DNA from: Halogeometricum borinquense DSM 11551
Lineage (GTDB): Archaea > Halobacteriota > Halobacteria > Halobacteriales > Haloferacaceae
NCBI RefSeq assembly: GCF_000172995.2
Contig: NC_014729.1
Coordinates: 1,350,001 to 1,382,000 of the forward strand
Direction of reading: 5' to 3'
DNA: 32,000 nucleotides
Shown here: positions 16,919-27,911 of the stretch, one piece after another
How positions within the stretch are numbered: position 1 is the stretch's first letter
Layout of the letters: every line of letters starts with the position of its first letter
Notes under the pieces: model-generated
What the model was told of the DNA's origin: nothing
Seen by the model: the letters and a program-made list of their open reading frames with translations, nothing else
Databases searched by the model: none
Position numbers and translations under genes: made by a program

Positions 16919-17865
16919 GTAGACATGCCTCCGAGGAAGTGTGCGACGGTGCGGGCGGCCGTCGCCGCAGTGCGTCCAGTCGGTGTCGAGTCTAACGACG
17001 GTGCACACTCGACTACCTCGAATCCCGCGATTCGGTCGTCACCGGCGATACTACGGACGAGTCTGAACAGTTCACGTGAGGTAAGGCCACCGGGCGTCGG
17101 CGCACTCACGCCGGGCGCGGCCGTCGCGTCCAGCACGTCCATATCGACGCTGACGTACACGGTATCTACGTCCGAGAGGGCGGTCCGAATTCGATCCAGC
17201 GCCGAATCGACGCCGTCGCCGACGGATTCGGCGGTGACGACGGTGCCACCCTGCTCGTCGAGGTAGTCCGCGTACGCGGTACTCGTCTCGAAGTGCCGCG
17301 CGCCGACGACGGCGAGCGTATCTAATCCGGCCTCGTGCAGTTGTCGATAGGGCGTCCCGCTGCTTGGCCCCTCCCGAACTTCGCGGCAGTCGAGATGAGC
17401 GTCGAAACTGACGACACCGACGCTGTCGCCGTTGCCAGTGTCGCTCTCACTGTCTCGGTTCCCACCGAGGAGTGGAGCGACGTTCGGGTATGTGAGGGAG
17501 TTGTCACCGCCGAGGAACACCGGGAACGCCCCGGAGTCGTACAGTTCTGCCGTCGTTTCTCGGAGCGAATCCTGTACGTCTCGGACGCTTCCGCGAGCGA
17601 GTTTCACGTCGCCCACGTCGCCGACGCTGGAAACGGGTCCGGCGTCGAAGTGGTGCGATTTCACGCCCGCAAGTGCATCGCGGATAGCCGTCGGACCGTC
17701 GCGTGCGCCGGGGCGGCCGATGACCGCGCCGTCGTACGGTTCGCCGACGAGAACGGCGTCGTACTCGGCTGCCTCGTCAATCGCCGCCTGCTCGACGACG
17801 TGCCCGAACTGTTCGTCGTTCGGGTCCGATGACGTGCCGGACCAGTTCGGTGCCGGACCTGTCAT
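16915..17865 (-). CDS. hutG: Formimidoylglutamase (arginase/ureohydrolase family)
   Basis: Ureohydrolase motifs FDAHLD, GGDNSLT and VSVDMDVLD are present. Its position between hutU and hutI supports the call. The start overlaps the hutU stop by 4 nt (ATGA). Confidence 0.85.
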   Translation of the reverse strand: MTGPAPNWSGTSSDPNDEQFGHVVEQAAIDEAAEYDAVLVGEPYDGAVIGRPGARDGPTAIRDALAGVKSHHFDAGPVSSVGDVGDVKLARGSVRDVQDSLRETTAELYDSGAFPVFLGGDNSLTYPNVAPLLGGNRDSESDTGNGDSVGVVSFDAHLDCREVREGPSSGTPYRQLHEAGLDTLAVVGARHFETSTAYADYLDEQGGTVVTAESVGDGVDSALDRIRTALSDVDTVYVSVDMDVLDATAAPGVSAPTPGGLTSRELFRLVRSIAGDDRIAGFEVVECAPSLDSTPTGRTAATAARTVAHFLGGMST

Positions 17866-19625
17866 TTGCTCTCCGCCCCTGCCGGGCCCGTGTCTTCGGG
17901 GTCGATTGGGACGTGAGCACCCGACCGTTCTGCTTCGTCCAGCGCCTCCTCGTACCCCGCGTCAGCGTGACGAATCACGCCCATACCGGGGTCCGTGGTG
18001 AACACTGCGCGCGCCTTCTCGGCAGCGAGATCCGACCCGTCGAGGACGACGTGGTTGTTCGTGTGCAGTGCATTACCGATTCCGACGCCGCCGCCGTCGT
18101 GGACGCTCACGATGTCCGCGCCCGCCGCGCAGTTGAGCAGGGCGTTCAGGATGGGCCAGTCGGCCACCGCGTCGGTGCCGTCGCGCATCGCCTCCGTCTC
18201 GCGGTGCGGACTTGCGACGCTCCCGGCGTCGAGGTGGTCGCGGGTGACGACGACGGGAGCAGAGATTTCGCCCTCGGCGACGAGTTCGTTGATGCGCAGC
18301 GCAAAGCGGGCGCGTTCGGTCAGACCCTCCTCGTCGGTACGGTAGCCGAGCCAGCAGACGCGGGACGGAAGGCCCTGATACTGCACCTGCTCACGCGCCA
18401 GTTCGATCCACCGCGAGAGACGGTCGTCCTCGGGGAACAGTTCGAGGACGGCGTCGTCGGTCCGGTGAATGTCTTCAGGGTCACCAGAGAGCGCCGCCCA
18501 CCGGAACGGACCTTTCCCGCGGCAGAACAGCGGCCGGATGTACGCCGGGACGAAACCGGGGAAGTCGAACACGTCGTCTCTGCCTTTGTACTCCTCGACC
18601 TGTCCGCGGATGTTGTTGCCGTATTCGAACGCGACGGCACCGCGCGCTTGCATCTCCAAGATGCCGTCCACGTGGCGTTCCATCGTGTCGATGCTTTCTT
18701 CGACGTACCGGTCGGGGTCCTCCTCGCGGAGTTCGTCGGCCTCTTCGACGGTGTAGCCGCTCGGGTAGTAGCCTTCGAGTTCGTCGTGCGCGCTCGTTTG
18801 GTCGGTGACGACATCCGGGACGAATCCGCGTTCGAGCATCTCCTCCAGCACGTCCGCGGCGTTCCCATGAACGGCGATACTGAGCGGTTCACCCTCTTCG
18901 GCGGCCGCTTCGGCGCGCTCGATTGCCTCGGCTACCGAATCGGTCTTCTCCATACAGTAGCCCGTCTCGATACGCCGGTCGATCCGGTGTTCGTCTACTT
19001 CGGCGGCGATGCAGACACCGCGGTTCATCGTCACTGCCAGCGGTTGCGCACCGCCCATGCCACCGAGTCCGCCGGTGACGACGATCCGACCCCGAAGCCC
19101 CTCGTCGTCCGGGAAGTGCCGACGACCCGCTTCGGCCAGCGTCTCGTAGGTGCCTTGTAGAATACCCTGTGTGCCGATGTACGCCCACGACCCGGCGGTC
19201 ATCTGCCCGTACATGATCTTCCCCTCGGCTTCGAGTTCGTGGAAGTGATCCCAGTCGTCCCACTTGCCGACGAGGTTCGAGTTAGCGATGAGGACGCGCG
19301 GGGCGCGTTCGTGCGTGGTGAACCGCCCGACTGGCTTGCCCGACTGAACCAAAAGCGTCTCGTCGTCGTCTAACTCGCGGAGTTGGCCGAGAATCGCATC
19401 GTAGGCATCCCACGACCGAGCGGCCCGGCCGGTACCGCCGTATACGACCAAGTCTTCCGGGCGTTCGGCCACTTCGGGATCCAAATTGTTGTTGAGCATC
19501 CGAAGCGCCGCTTCCTGCCGCCATCCCTCACACTCGATGTCCGTTCCCGTCGGCGAACCCTGGTACCGACGCCATTCGTCGGACGGTTCGCCTACCGTGT
19601 GCCGTTCGCTGTCTGTCTCGTCCAT
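17862..19625 (-). CDS. hutU: Urocanate hydratase
   Basis: The start is taken at MDETDSERH (Met 19625). Motifs are [13 protein letters not shown] and [13 protein letters not shown] (NAD site). The 105-codon upstream extension in the track is not protein-like. Confidence 0.95.
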   Translation of the reverse strand: MDETDSERHTVGEPSDEWRRYQGSPTGTDIECEGWRQEAALRMLNNNLDPEVAERPEDLVVYGGTGRAARSWDAYDAILGQLRELDDDETLLVQSGKPVGRFTTHERAPRVLIANSNLVGKWDDWDHFHELEAEGKIMYGQMTAGSWAYIGTQGILQGTYETLAEAGRRHFPDDEGLRGRIVVTGGLGGMGGAQPLAVTMNRGVCIAAEVDEHRIDRRIETGYCMEKTDSVAEAIERAEAAAEEGEPLSIAVHGNAADVLEEMLERGFVPDVVTDQTSAHDELEGYYPSGYTVEEADELREEDPDRYVEESIDTMERHVDGILEMQARGAVAFEYGNNIRGQVEEYKGRDDVFDFPGFVPAYIRPLFCRGKGPFRWAALSGDPEDIHRTDDAVLELFPEDDRLSRWIELAREQVQYQGLPSRVCWLGYRTDEEGLTERARFALRINELVAEGEISAPVVVTRDHLDAGSVASPHRETEAMRDGTDAVADWPILNALLNCAAGADIVSVHDGGGVGIGNALHTNNHVVLDGSDLAAEKARAVFTTDPGMGVIRHADAGYEEALDEAERSGAHVPIDPEDTGPAGAESK

Positions 19626-19679
19626 ACTGGTAGTGAACGCCCAGCACACATACTGGCTTAGCCTCCGTTTGGAGAGTAG

Positions 19680-19686
19680 TTTATAT
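19680..19686. promoter_or_regulatory. Single strong TATA element in the 84-bp hutU / HTH-regulator divergent region
   Basis: TTTATAT (CATATAAA on the other strand) lies ~27 nt upstream of GTG 19710 and ~55 nt upstream of the hutU ATG at 19625. Confidence 0.5.
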
Positions 19687-19709
19687 GCGTCCGGTATCGA
19701 TGTCCCAGT

Positions 19710-20381
19710 GTGTACGAGGCGACGTTCGAGATAACGGACGATGGCGGGTACACGCTGGCGACCGAAGAGACGGCCGCATCGCTGGAGTTGTGGTGCAACG
19801 ATCACTGCGATCTGTTGCATATCCGCGGACCGGATGCCGAAGCAGTGGTGGACCGCGTCGAACATCTCGTCGGCGTCCGCGAACGGCTCGACCGCCCCGA
19901 AGAGGTTCTCCTCATCACCGACGACTGCCTCAGACGGCACGATACGAACGCGATAGAGGCGTACCTCGTCCGCAACGACTGTCTGTTACTTCCCCCGCTC
20001 CGCTATGAACGCGGCGCGAAAGTCTGTCGCGTCCTCGCTCTCGACTCGGGGTCGCTGACCGACCTGTATCGGGAACTCGTTGCCGACGGGACGTTCGTTG
20101 ACGTCCTGTCGAAACGTCACGTGAACGTGGTCTCTGAGGATGCGCCGTTGTCGCCTTCGAGCCTTCTTCCGGATCTCAGCCCTCGCCAGTACGACGTTCT
20201 TCAGCTTGCAGTCGAAGACGGCTACTACGAAATCCCGCGTGGGACGACGACGGAAGCAATAGCCGACCGCCTCGGCGTCAGCCGACGCACTGCCGAAGAA
20301 CACCTCAGACGCGCAGAGAACAAACTGATAGATGCAGTGTTCGAACATCTCCGCGGGCGCGGCCGCGGTCAGTCTCAGTAA
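19710..20381 (+). CDS. Bat-like HTH_10 family DNA-binding transcription regulator
   Basis: The C-terminus [56 protein letters not shown] is the HTH_10 (bacterio-opsin activator type) signature. GTG is the start codon. The gene is divergent from hutU. Confidence 0.85.
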   Translation: MYEATFEITDDGGYTLATEETAASLELWCNDHCDLLHIRGPDAEAVVDRVEHLVGVRERLDRPEEVLLITDDCLRRHDTNAIEAYLVRNDCLLLPPLRYERGAKVCRVLALDSGSLTDLYRELVADGTFVDVLSKRHVNVVSEDAPLSPSSLLPDLSPRQYDVLQLAVEDGYYEIPRGTTTEAIADRLGVSRRTAEEHLRRAENKLIDAVFEHLRGRGRGQSQ

Positions 20382-20434
20382 CAGGGCGACTCGTACAGTA
20401 ACAGGGCGACTCGTACAGTAATAGAGCGACTCTA
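20376..20434. repeat. 20-bp direct tandem repeat, about 3 copies
   Basis: CAGTAACAGGGCGACTCGTA occurs at 20376-20395 and 20396-20415. A degenerate copy, CAGTAATAGAGCGACTCTA, is at 20416-20434. The first copy overlaps the regulator stop codon (TAA 20379-20381). Confidence 0.9.
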
Positions 20435-20444
20435 CTCGCCTGCG

Positions 20445-20789
20445 CTACTCGCTCGCTTCCGCAGATGGTCCCTCAGCTCCTCCCTCGGGTGTCGCGGGAC
20501 GGGCGACACTGACGTACGACTCGACGGCCGCAGATAACATCGACCGCCAGTCGTCAAACTCCGAGTGGACCGCGACGTGGTCGTCCCACTCGTGGTCCGG
20601 AATGCTCTCAAACGACTCCTGATCTTCGACCTCGTAGTCGCACGACTCGATGAACTCCGCGATGGACCCACTGTCTGTGTGGGCCGCCATCCAGTCGTCC
20701 CCGAAGAGGTCATCCAACGTCACATCTCCTCCGAGACCACCGATTTCCCCCGAAATGGTGGCATCGAGAGCAGGACGTTCCTCCTGCAT
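20445..20789 (-). CDS. Small, very acidic hypothetical protein (114 aa)
   Basis: An ORF with extreme D/E content and the stretch IPDHEWDDHVAVHSEFDDW. It lies 51 nt downstream of ychF on the same strand. No domain was recognised. Confidence 0.6.
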   Translation of the reverse strand: MQEERPALDATISGEIGGLGGDVTLDDLFGDDWMAAHTDSGSIAEFIESCDYEVEDQESFESIPDHEWDDHVAVHSEFDDWRSMLSAAVESYVSVARPATPEGGAEGPSAEASE

Positions 20790-20840
20790 CGTACCCGTAT
20801 TTCCGCTTCACCACTGATAGATTATGCGACTTCTCGCGCG

Positions 20841-22031
20841 TCAGCCCGTCGTCACGATCTCCAAAACATCGCGGTGTTCGAGTTCGTGATCCGATCCGAC
20901 CTGTCGCTTCGACCGACAGTCGATTCCGTGCAGCAGCCCGTCGCCGATGTCCGAGTGGAGGTGATAGGCGAAGTCTTCTGTCGTCGAACCCTCCGGGAGA
21001 ATAAAGCAGTCGCGGAACACACCCTGCGTGTCGGACTTGCCGTTTGCACTCCCGGGGAAGATGGCTATCGCACCCATCACGTCGAACAGGGCCGTCTCCA
21101 ACGACGCCTGCACGCCCGCACCGTCGTAGGCGTTGAGGAACTCGCGTATCTGTTCGAGTCCTTCCTCCTGTTCGCCACTCACGTCGCCGACGATGTCGAA
21201 GTCGCTCGACCCGGGTTCGTACTCGACGATGCCCGCTTCCTCGGCGTTCTTCAGTGCTTTCTCCGCGTGCGCACTCGCGGGGACAAAGGTCAGGTGGTCG
21301 TACTCCGGATCCGAGGTGATCTCCTCGAAGTTCTCCTGTGCCACGGGCTTGTCCATCTTGTTCGCCGCGATGAGCATCGGCTTCGTCCGCTTGCGGATCT
21401 CGCGGGCGATTGCCTCTTTGTCCGCGTCGTCCCAGTCGTCGGGATCCAACGACAGTCCGAGCGAGAGAATGACCTGCTTTATCTCGTCTTTGTTCGTCTT
21501 GAACGCCGACATCTGCTCTGCAAGGTCCTCCTCGACGTTCTTTTCCTCGCCGTGGTAGCCAGAGCGGTAGCGTTCGAGACCTTTCTCTAAGATGTCGAGA
21601 TACCACATGTCGAGTTCGTCTTCGAGGAAGTCGATGTCCTCGCGTGGGTCGTGCCCCTCGGTCGCCTCGCCCTCGATGTCTGTCTCACCGGAGAAGTCTA
21701 CGACGTGCACGAGTACGTCGGCCTCGTTCAGGTCGGTGAGGAACTGGTTTCCGAGTCCTTTCCCCTCGTGTGCGCCGGGAATGAGCCCCGCCACGTCCAC
21801 GAGTTTGACTGGGACGTATCGCGTTCCGTTATCGCAGAAGCCGACCGACGGCGTACACGTTTCGTCGAACTCCGGGGCCGCACAATCGACGCGGACGTAC
21901 GCCTCGCCCACGGAGGGATCGATCGTCGTGAACGGATACGCACCCTCGGGTACGTCGTTCATCGTCGCCGCATTGAAGAAAGAAGACTTGCCGACAGACG
22001 GCTTGCCGACGAGTCCGATCTTGTAGCTCAT
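20841..22031 (-). CDS. ychF: YchF/OLA1-type GTP-binding protein (redox-regulated ATPase YchF-like) with C-terminal TGS-like region
   Basis: The N-terminus MSYKIGLVGKPSVGKSSFFNAAT is a P-loop, followed by PFTTIDP (G2), DVAGL (G3) and an NKMD-like ANKMD (G4). Confidence 0.9.
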   Translation of the reverse strand: MSYKIGLVGKPSVGKSSFFNAATMNDVPEGAYPFTTIDPSVGEAYVRVDCAAPEFDETCTPSVGFCDNGTRYVPVKLVDVAGLIPGAHEGKGLGNQFLTDLNEADVLVHVVDFSGETDIEGEATEGHDPREDIDFLEDELDMWYLDILEKGLERYRSGYHGEEKNVEEDLAEQMSAFKTNKDEIKQVILSLGLSLDPDDWDDADKEAIAREIRKRTKPMLIAANKMDKPVAQENFEEITSDPEYDHLTFVPASAHAEKALKNAEEAGIVEYEPGSSDFDIVGDVSGEQEEGLEQIREFLNAYDGAGVQASLETALFDVMGAIAIFPGSANGKSDTQGVFRDCFILPEGSTTEDFAYHLHSDIGDGLLHGIDCRSKRQVGSDHELEHRDVLEIVTTG

Positions 22032-22174
22032 TGGCTCCTCGAAGTTACTCGGCGGGCAAAAGGCGTCCTATCCATGCCGTCTCAGCGGTGTGCTGTCAGT
22101 TCCCATATTTCCGCCGTCCGATAGCTGACGACGCCACCACCGATTATTTGTCCCACCACGTCCGACGTTCCGGT

Positions 22175-22480
22175 ATGACTGACAGCGACGACGACGCAGC
22201 CGGCGACACCTTCGGCGTCGGCATCCACGTCACCGACTCCGACCTCCAGTTCGTCGTCCACGTCCCCTCGAATATCGACTCGGGGTGGCGCGACCCCGAC
22301 GAGTTCCAACAACTCGTCGAACGAGTCGTCTGGGACCGGCTCGACCAACGCCGAGTCCTCCAAGCGGTCGCCACCGATACGCCCGCGGGCGAAACAGTAT
22401 CGCTCGGCCGCGTCACGCTCCACCCGGACGGTACCGTAATCGAAACGGATCTTTCGGCACCGACCGCCGACGACGCGTGA
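22175..22480 (+). CDS. Small acidic hypothetical protein (101 aa)
   Basis: The start is taken at MTDSDDDAAGD (ATG 22175), ~30 nt downstream of a GATTATTTG TATA-like element. The gene is divergent from ychF. Confidence 0.6.
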   Translation: MTDSDDDAAGDTFGVGIHVTDSDLQFVVHVPSNIDSGWRDPDEFQQLVERVVWDRLDQRRVLQAVATDTPAGETVSLGRVTLHPDGTVIETDLSAPTADDA

Positions 22481-22902
22481 GCGACGTGACTGAAACGGAC
22501 GCATCGGGGGTTGCCGCACCGGGAATGGACGCACTCGACGCTGTCGTCGATAGCGCACTCGAACGCGCACTCCTTGACGAGGCGGACTCGCGTCGCTACT
22601 TCGCTCTTGCCGGTGCAGTCGTACGCGCTCACGGAAACACCCATGCGGACTCCCGGGAAACGCAGTCCGACACCCTGACAGCGGCGCTGGTCTGCACTGT
22701 CGCCGTCTCCGCCTTGGAGTCGGCATCGCCAGAACCGACATGGTCGCCGCCCGACGCACGGAACGAACTCGTCGCTGCCGGTGCCGTTCGTGCATCTCAG
22801 CGCTTCGACGTTGCTGTCGAACGCGTTGCGACACGGGCAGGGCTCCCGCTCTCTGATCTTCGAACGCGTCTGTCAAAAGAGAGTCGCGGAGACCAACTCT
22901 AA
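22477..22902 (+). CDS. Hypothetical protein (~141 aa), apparently translationally coupled to the upstream ORF
   Basis: In-frame GTG 22477 overlaps the upstream TGA (GTGA). Alternative starts are GTG 22486 or the Met of MDALD. Codon usage and acidic composition look coding. The start is uncertain. Confidence 0.5.
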   Translation: MSDVTETDASGVAAPGMDALDAVVDSALERALLDEADSRRYFALAGAVVRAHGNTHADSRETQSDTLTAALVCTVAVSALESASPEPTWSPPDARNELVAAGAVRASQRFDVAVERVATRAGLPLSDLRTRLSKESRGDQL

Positions 22903-22950
22903 GGTACGTCTCTCGCGCATCCGCGACGTTACTCGAACTGGACTGTCCGA

Positions 22951-24279
22951 CTAGTTCCCGCTGTTGACGTTGATGTTCGCGTCAACACCGACGGTAACGC
23001 TCCCGCCGGCGTTGGCGTTCCCGTTGGCGTTAGCGCCCCCGCCAGCGTTGGCGTTTTCCGGCGGACCCTGCTCGCTGTCGTCGTCTTCACGTTCCTCTTC
23101 GGAATCCTCAGACTCGTCTTCTGACTCGTCTTTGTCCGGTTTCGCGTCGTTCTTGTCCGCGTTGTCCGAGCCGTTGCCTGCCTTCTTCTCGTTGTTCTTG
23201 TCTTTCTTGCCTTTCTTCGCGTGTTCGGGCGGACCCCGCTTGTCGTCGTCAGCGGCCGTCTCGTTCGCCTCGTCGTCGGAGTGCTTTTTCTCCTGTCCGG
23301 GCGCGTCGTCTGCGTTACCGGGGTTGTTCTCCGTCGCAAAGTCCGAGATGACGAGACCCGGCGGGCCGTTGAATCCGGCCGCGCGGAGTGCTTCGATGAA
23401 TGAATTCACTGCCTGTCCGAAGTTCTTCTCCTCTTCGACGAACTCCGTCGTCAGATCAACCGTCTCCGAGACGGTGTCGTTGTCGGCCGTCGCGGTCACC
23501 GTGATGGTGACGTTTTCGGTCGGTGCGGGAAGCGAGACGGTTCCGTCCGCGTCCGTCTCGTAGGTACCCGTCCCGCTGTAGTTACCGTCGCTGGTGACGT
23601 CCACCGTTGCGTTCTCGACTGCCTCATCGCCGCGTTCGAGGCTGACTTCGACGCCGGTCGTCTGTTCGACGCTCAGGTCGAGGGATACCTCTGGCGCAAC
23701 GAGGTCTACGGTTTTCGTCGTCGTGTCGTCTCCTTCGGAGACGTTCACCGTGACGCTGACGTTCTCCTCGGGTGCATCGAGTTCGACGGTTCCGTTCTCA
23801 TCGGTCGTGTAATTTCCGGTGGCCGCGTAACTGTCGTTCGAGACGCTGACGTTCACTGTCGCGTTCGCCACGGCAGTGTCGTTCCGTTCGACACCGATGG
23901 ACACAGTCCCGTCGTCTGCCTGCGCGACATCGACCGTCAGGTCGTTGTCGCCGACGATTTGGACGGTGGTTTCCGCACTCAGGTTGTCATCCGTCGCGGT
24001 GACGGTGATGTTCTGCGTGTCCTCGGGTTGGGCGAGTGTGACGGATCCGTTCGCGTCCGTCTGATACGTCCCGTTGCCCACGTACCCCGCTTCGCTGGTG
24101 ACGTTCACTGTCGCGTTCTCGACTGCGGTTCCGTTATTGGTGACATCGACGAGTACCTCGCCCGTCGCATCGTCTTGCTCTACGTTCACATCTAACGTCG
24201 TCGCGGCACTCGCCGCCGCCGGAATAGCGGCTGCGACGAGCAGGACTGCCACGAAGACTGTGACTGATTTGATGCGCAT
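22951..24279 (-). CDS. Secreted repeat protein: Sec signal peptide, three ~85-aa sequon-rich beta-type repeats, then a Lys-rich/acidic and Asn-Ala-Gly-rich tail
   Basis: The start is taken at MRIKSVTVFVAVLLVAAAIPAAASA (Met 24279). Three repeats carry the recurring motif VxNATVxVTS...G(N/T)YxTDxxGxVxL. I counted about 20 N-x-S/T sequons. The tail contains GPPEHAKKGKKDKNNEKK and GPPENANAGGGANANGNANAGG. There is no C-terminal TM helix or PGF-CTERM. Confidence 0.8.
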   Translation of the reverse strand: MRIKSVTVFVAVLLVAAAIPAAASAATTLDVNVEQDDATGEVLVDVTNNGTAVENATVNVTSEAGYVGNGTYQTDANGSVTLAQPEDTQNITVTATDDNLSAETTVQIVGDNDLTVDVAQADDGTVSIGVERNDTAVANATVNVSVSNDSYAATGNYTTDENGTVELDAPEENVSVTVNVSEGDDTTTKTVDLVAPEVSLDLSVEQTTGVEVSLERGDEAVENATVDVTSDGNYSGTGTYETDADGTVSLPAPTENVTITVTATADNDTVSETVDLTTEFVEEEKNFGQAVNSFIEALRAAGFNGPPGLVISDFATENNPGNADDAPGQEKKHSDDEANETAADDDKRGPPEHAKKGKKDKNNEKKAGNGSDNADKNDAKPDKDESEDESEDSEEEREDDDSEQGPPENANAGGGANANGNANAGGSVTVGVDANINVNSGN

Positions 24280-24471
24280 TGCAGGCTCACCAAAGTGCGA
24301 CACCCACATAGTACAGAATGTCCGTGAGCCCGACTATTCGTCGTTTTAGCCGGATTTAATTCGGTTTAATCGGCCGACAACGCGGGTTTCAGGCCGTTTG
24401 ACGATCTGCGGTATGATCGAGTGAGATGGCTGTTGCTAACTCTCGCTGCGTCTATGCGTCCGTTCGAAATG

Positions 24472-24506
24472 AAAAACGCCCACACGGGCCGACCCGTGTG
24501 GGCGTT
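24472..24506 (-). terminator. rRNA operon terminator: perfect 14-bp hairpin followed by a T-run
   Basis: The - strand reads AACGCCCACACGGG-TCGG-CCCGTGTGGGCGTT followed by TTTTTCATTT. It begins 13 nt after the 5S 3' end. Confidence 0.7.
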
Positions 24507-24518
24507 GTAGTATGAATG

Positions 24519-24640
24519 GGAGGCGGCGAGATAATGTTTCCAGAGGTTCGCACACTCCAGTACTTGTTATCACGCTGGCGAGCTTAACTTCCGTGTTCGG
24601 GATGGGTACGGGTGTTGCCTCACCGCTGTGGCCGCCTTAA
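24519..24640 (-). rRNA. rrf: 5S ribosomal RNA
   Basis: The reverse complement reads TTAAGGCGGCCACAGCGGTG...CCCGTACCCATCCCGAACACGGAAG...GTACTGGAGTG...CTCGCCGCCTCC. It is ~122 nt and closely parallels haloarchaeal 5S as I remember it. Ends are +/- a few nt. Confidence 0.9.
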
Positions 24641-24687
24641 CGCCAACCGATGGAATCGAACCATCGTTCAAACACCAGTCGTTGGTG
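24641..24687 (-). ncRNA. tRNA-like minihelix (acceptor-like stem plus canonical T-arm) immediately 5' of the 5S rRNA
   Basis: The - strand reads CACCAAC-GACTGGTGTTTGAAC-GATGG-TTCGATT-CCATC-G-GTTGGCG. The T-arm is perfect with a TTCGATT loop. The CCAAC/GTTGG stem closes the structure. There is no D or anticodon arm. Confidence 0.55.
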
Positions 24688-24694
24688 GTTCGAT

Positions 24695-24740
24695 ACCGTA
24701 TGTATGCGTGCAATCCAGTTAACGCCTGAACCCGTTCATC
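24695..24740. repeat. 23S processing-stem arm (3' flank), inverted repeat partner of 27718..27760
   Basis: accgtatgtatgcgtgcaatccag is the reverse complement of ctggattgcacgcgtacatacggt (27737-27760) with one G-U position. The adjacent aacgcctgaacccgttc pairs imperfectly with 27718-27736. Confidence 0.7.
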
Positions 24741-24776
24741 CGAAACCAGCGGACTGGTCCGATGAACGTATGAATG

Positions 24777-27682
<2,906 letters not shown>

Positions 27683-27717
27683 TTACAGTTGTTTCGGACG
27701 TCCACGTGTTCCCGGGT

Positions 27718-27760
27718 GAACGGGTTCAGTGGGCGTCTGGATTGCACGCGTACATACGGT
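27718..27760. repeat. 23S processing-stem arm (5' flank)
   Basis: Inverted repeat partner of 24695..24740, flanking the 23S gene. Confidence 0.7.
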
Positions 27761-27911
27761 TGTCATTGAACGTCCGGTGGCTGCCGGAGCGTTCGTCGAA
27801 CCCTTCCTATCCGCGCTCTCGCGGGATAGTGCATCGGTTTCGTCTTCGGGATTCAGTCTCGTTCCTGCCCACACTTAAGGGGCACGGATTGAGTTTGAGT
27901 CCCGGAGAGTA

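Noticed and set aside
17829-19160. 443-aa + strand ORF, together with 16178..17266 (362 aa) and 14858..15325
   Set aside because: These are antisense to hutU, hutI/hutG and hutH respectively. They have Arg/Val-rich low-complexity translations and no motifs.
20376-20434. Possible CRISPR array
   Set aside because: The repeats are directly abutting 20-mers with no spacers. There are only ~3 copies and no cas genes anywhere in the window.
20565-21606. 341-aa (+) and 298-aa (-) ORFs overlapping ychF
   Set aside because: They are the antisense and alternate frames of a gene with clear P-loop GTPase motifs. Their products are basic and Arg-rich.
22082-22876. 264-aa - strand ORF covering the coupled small-ORF pair
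   Set aside because: The translation is extremely Arg-rich (runs of RRRR), implying a very basic protein. The + strand frames are acidic with sensible codon usage, so the + strand pair was preferred, though only at moderate confidence.
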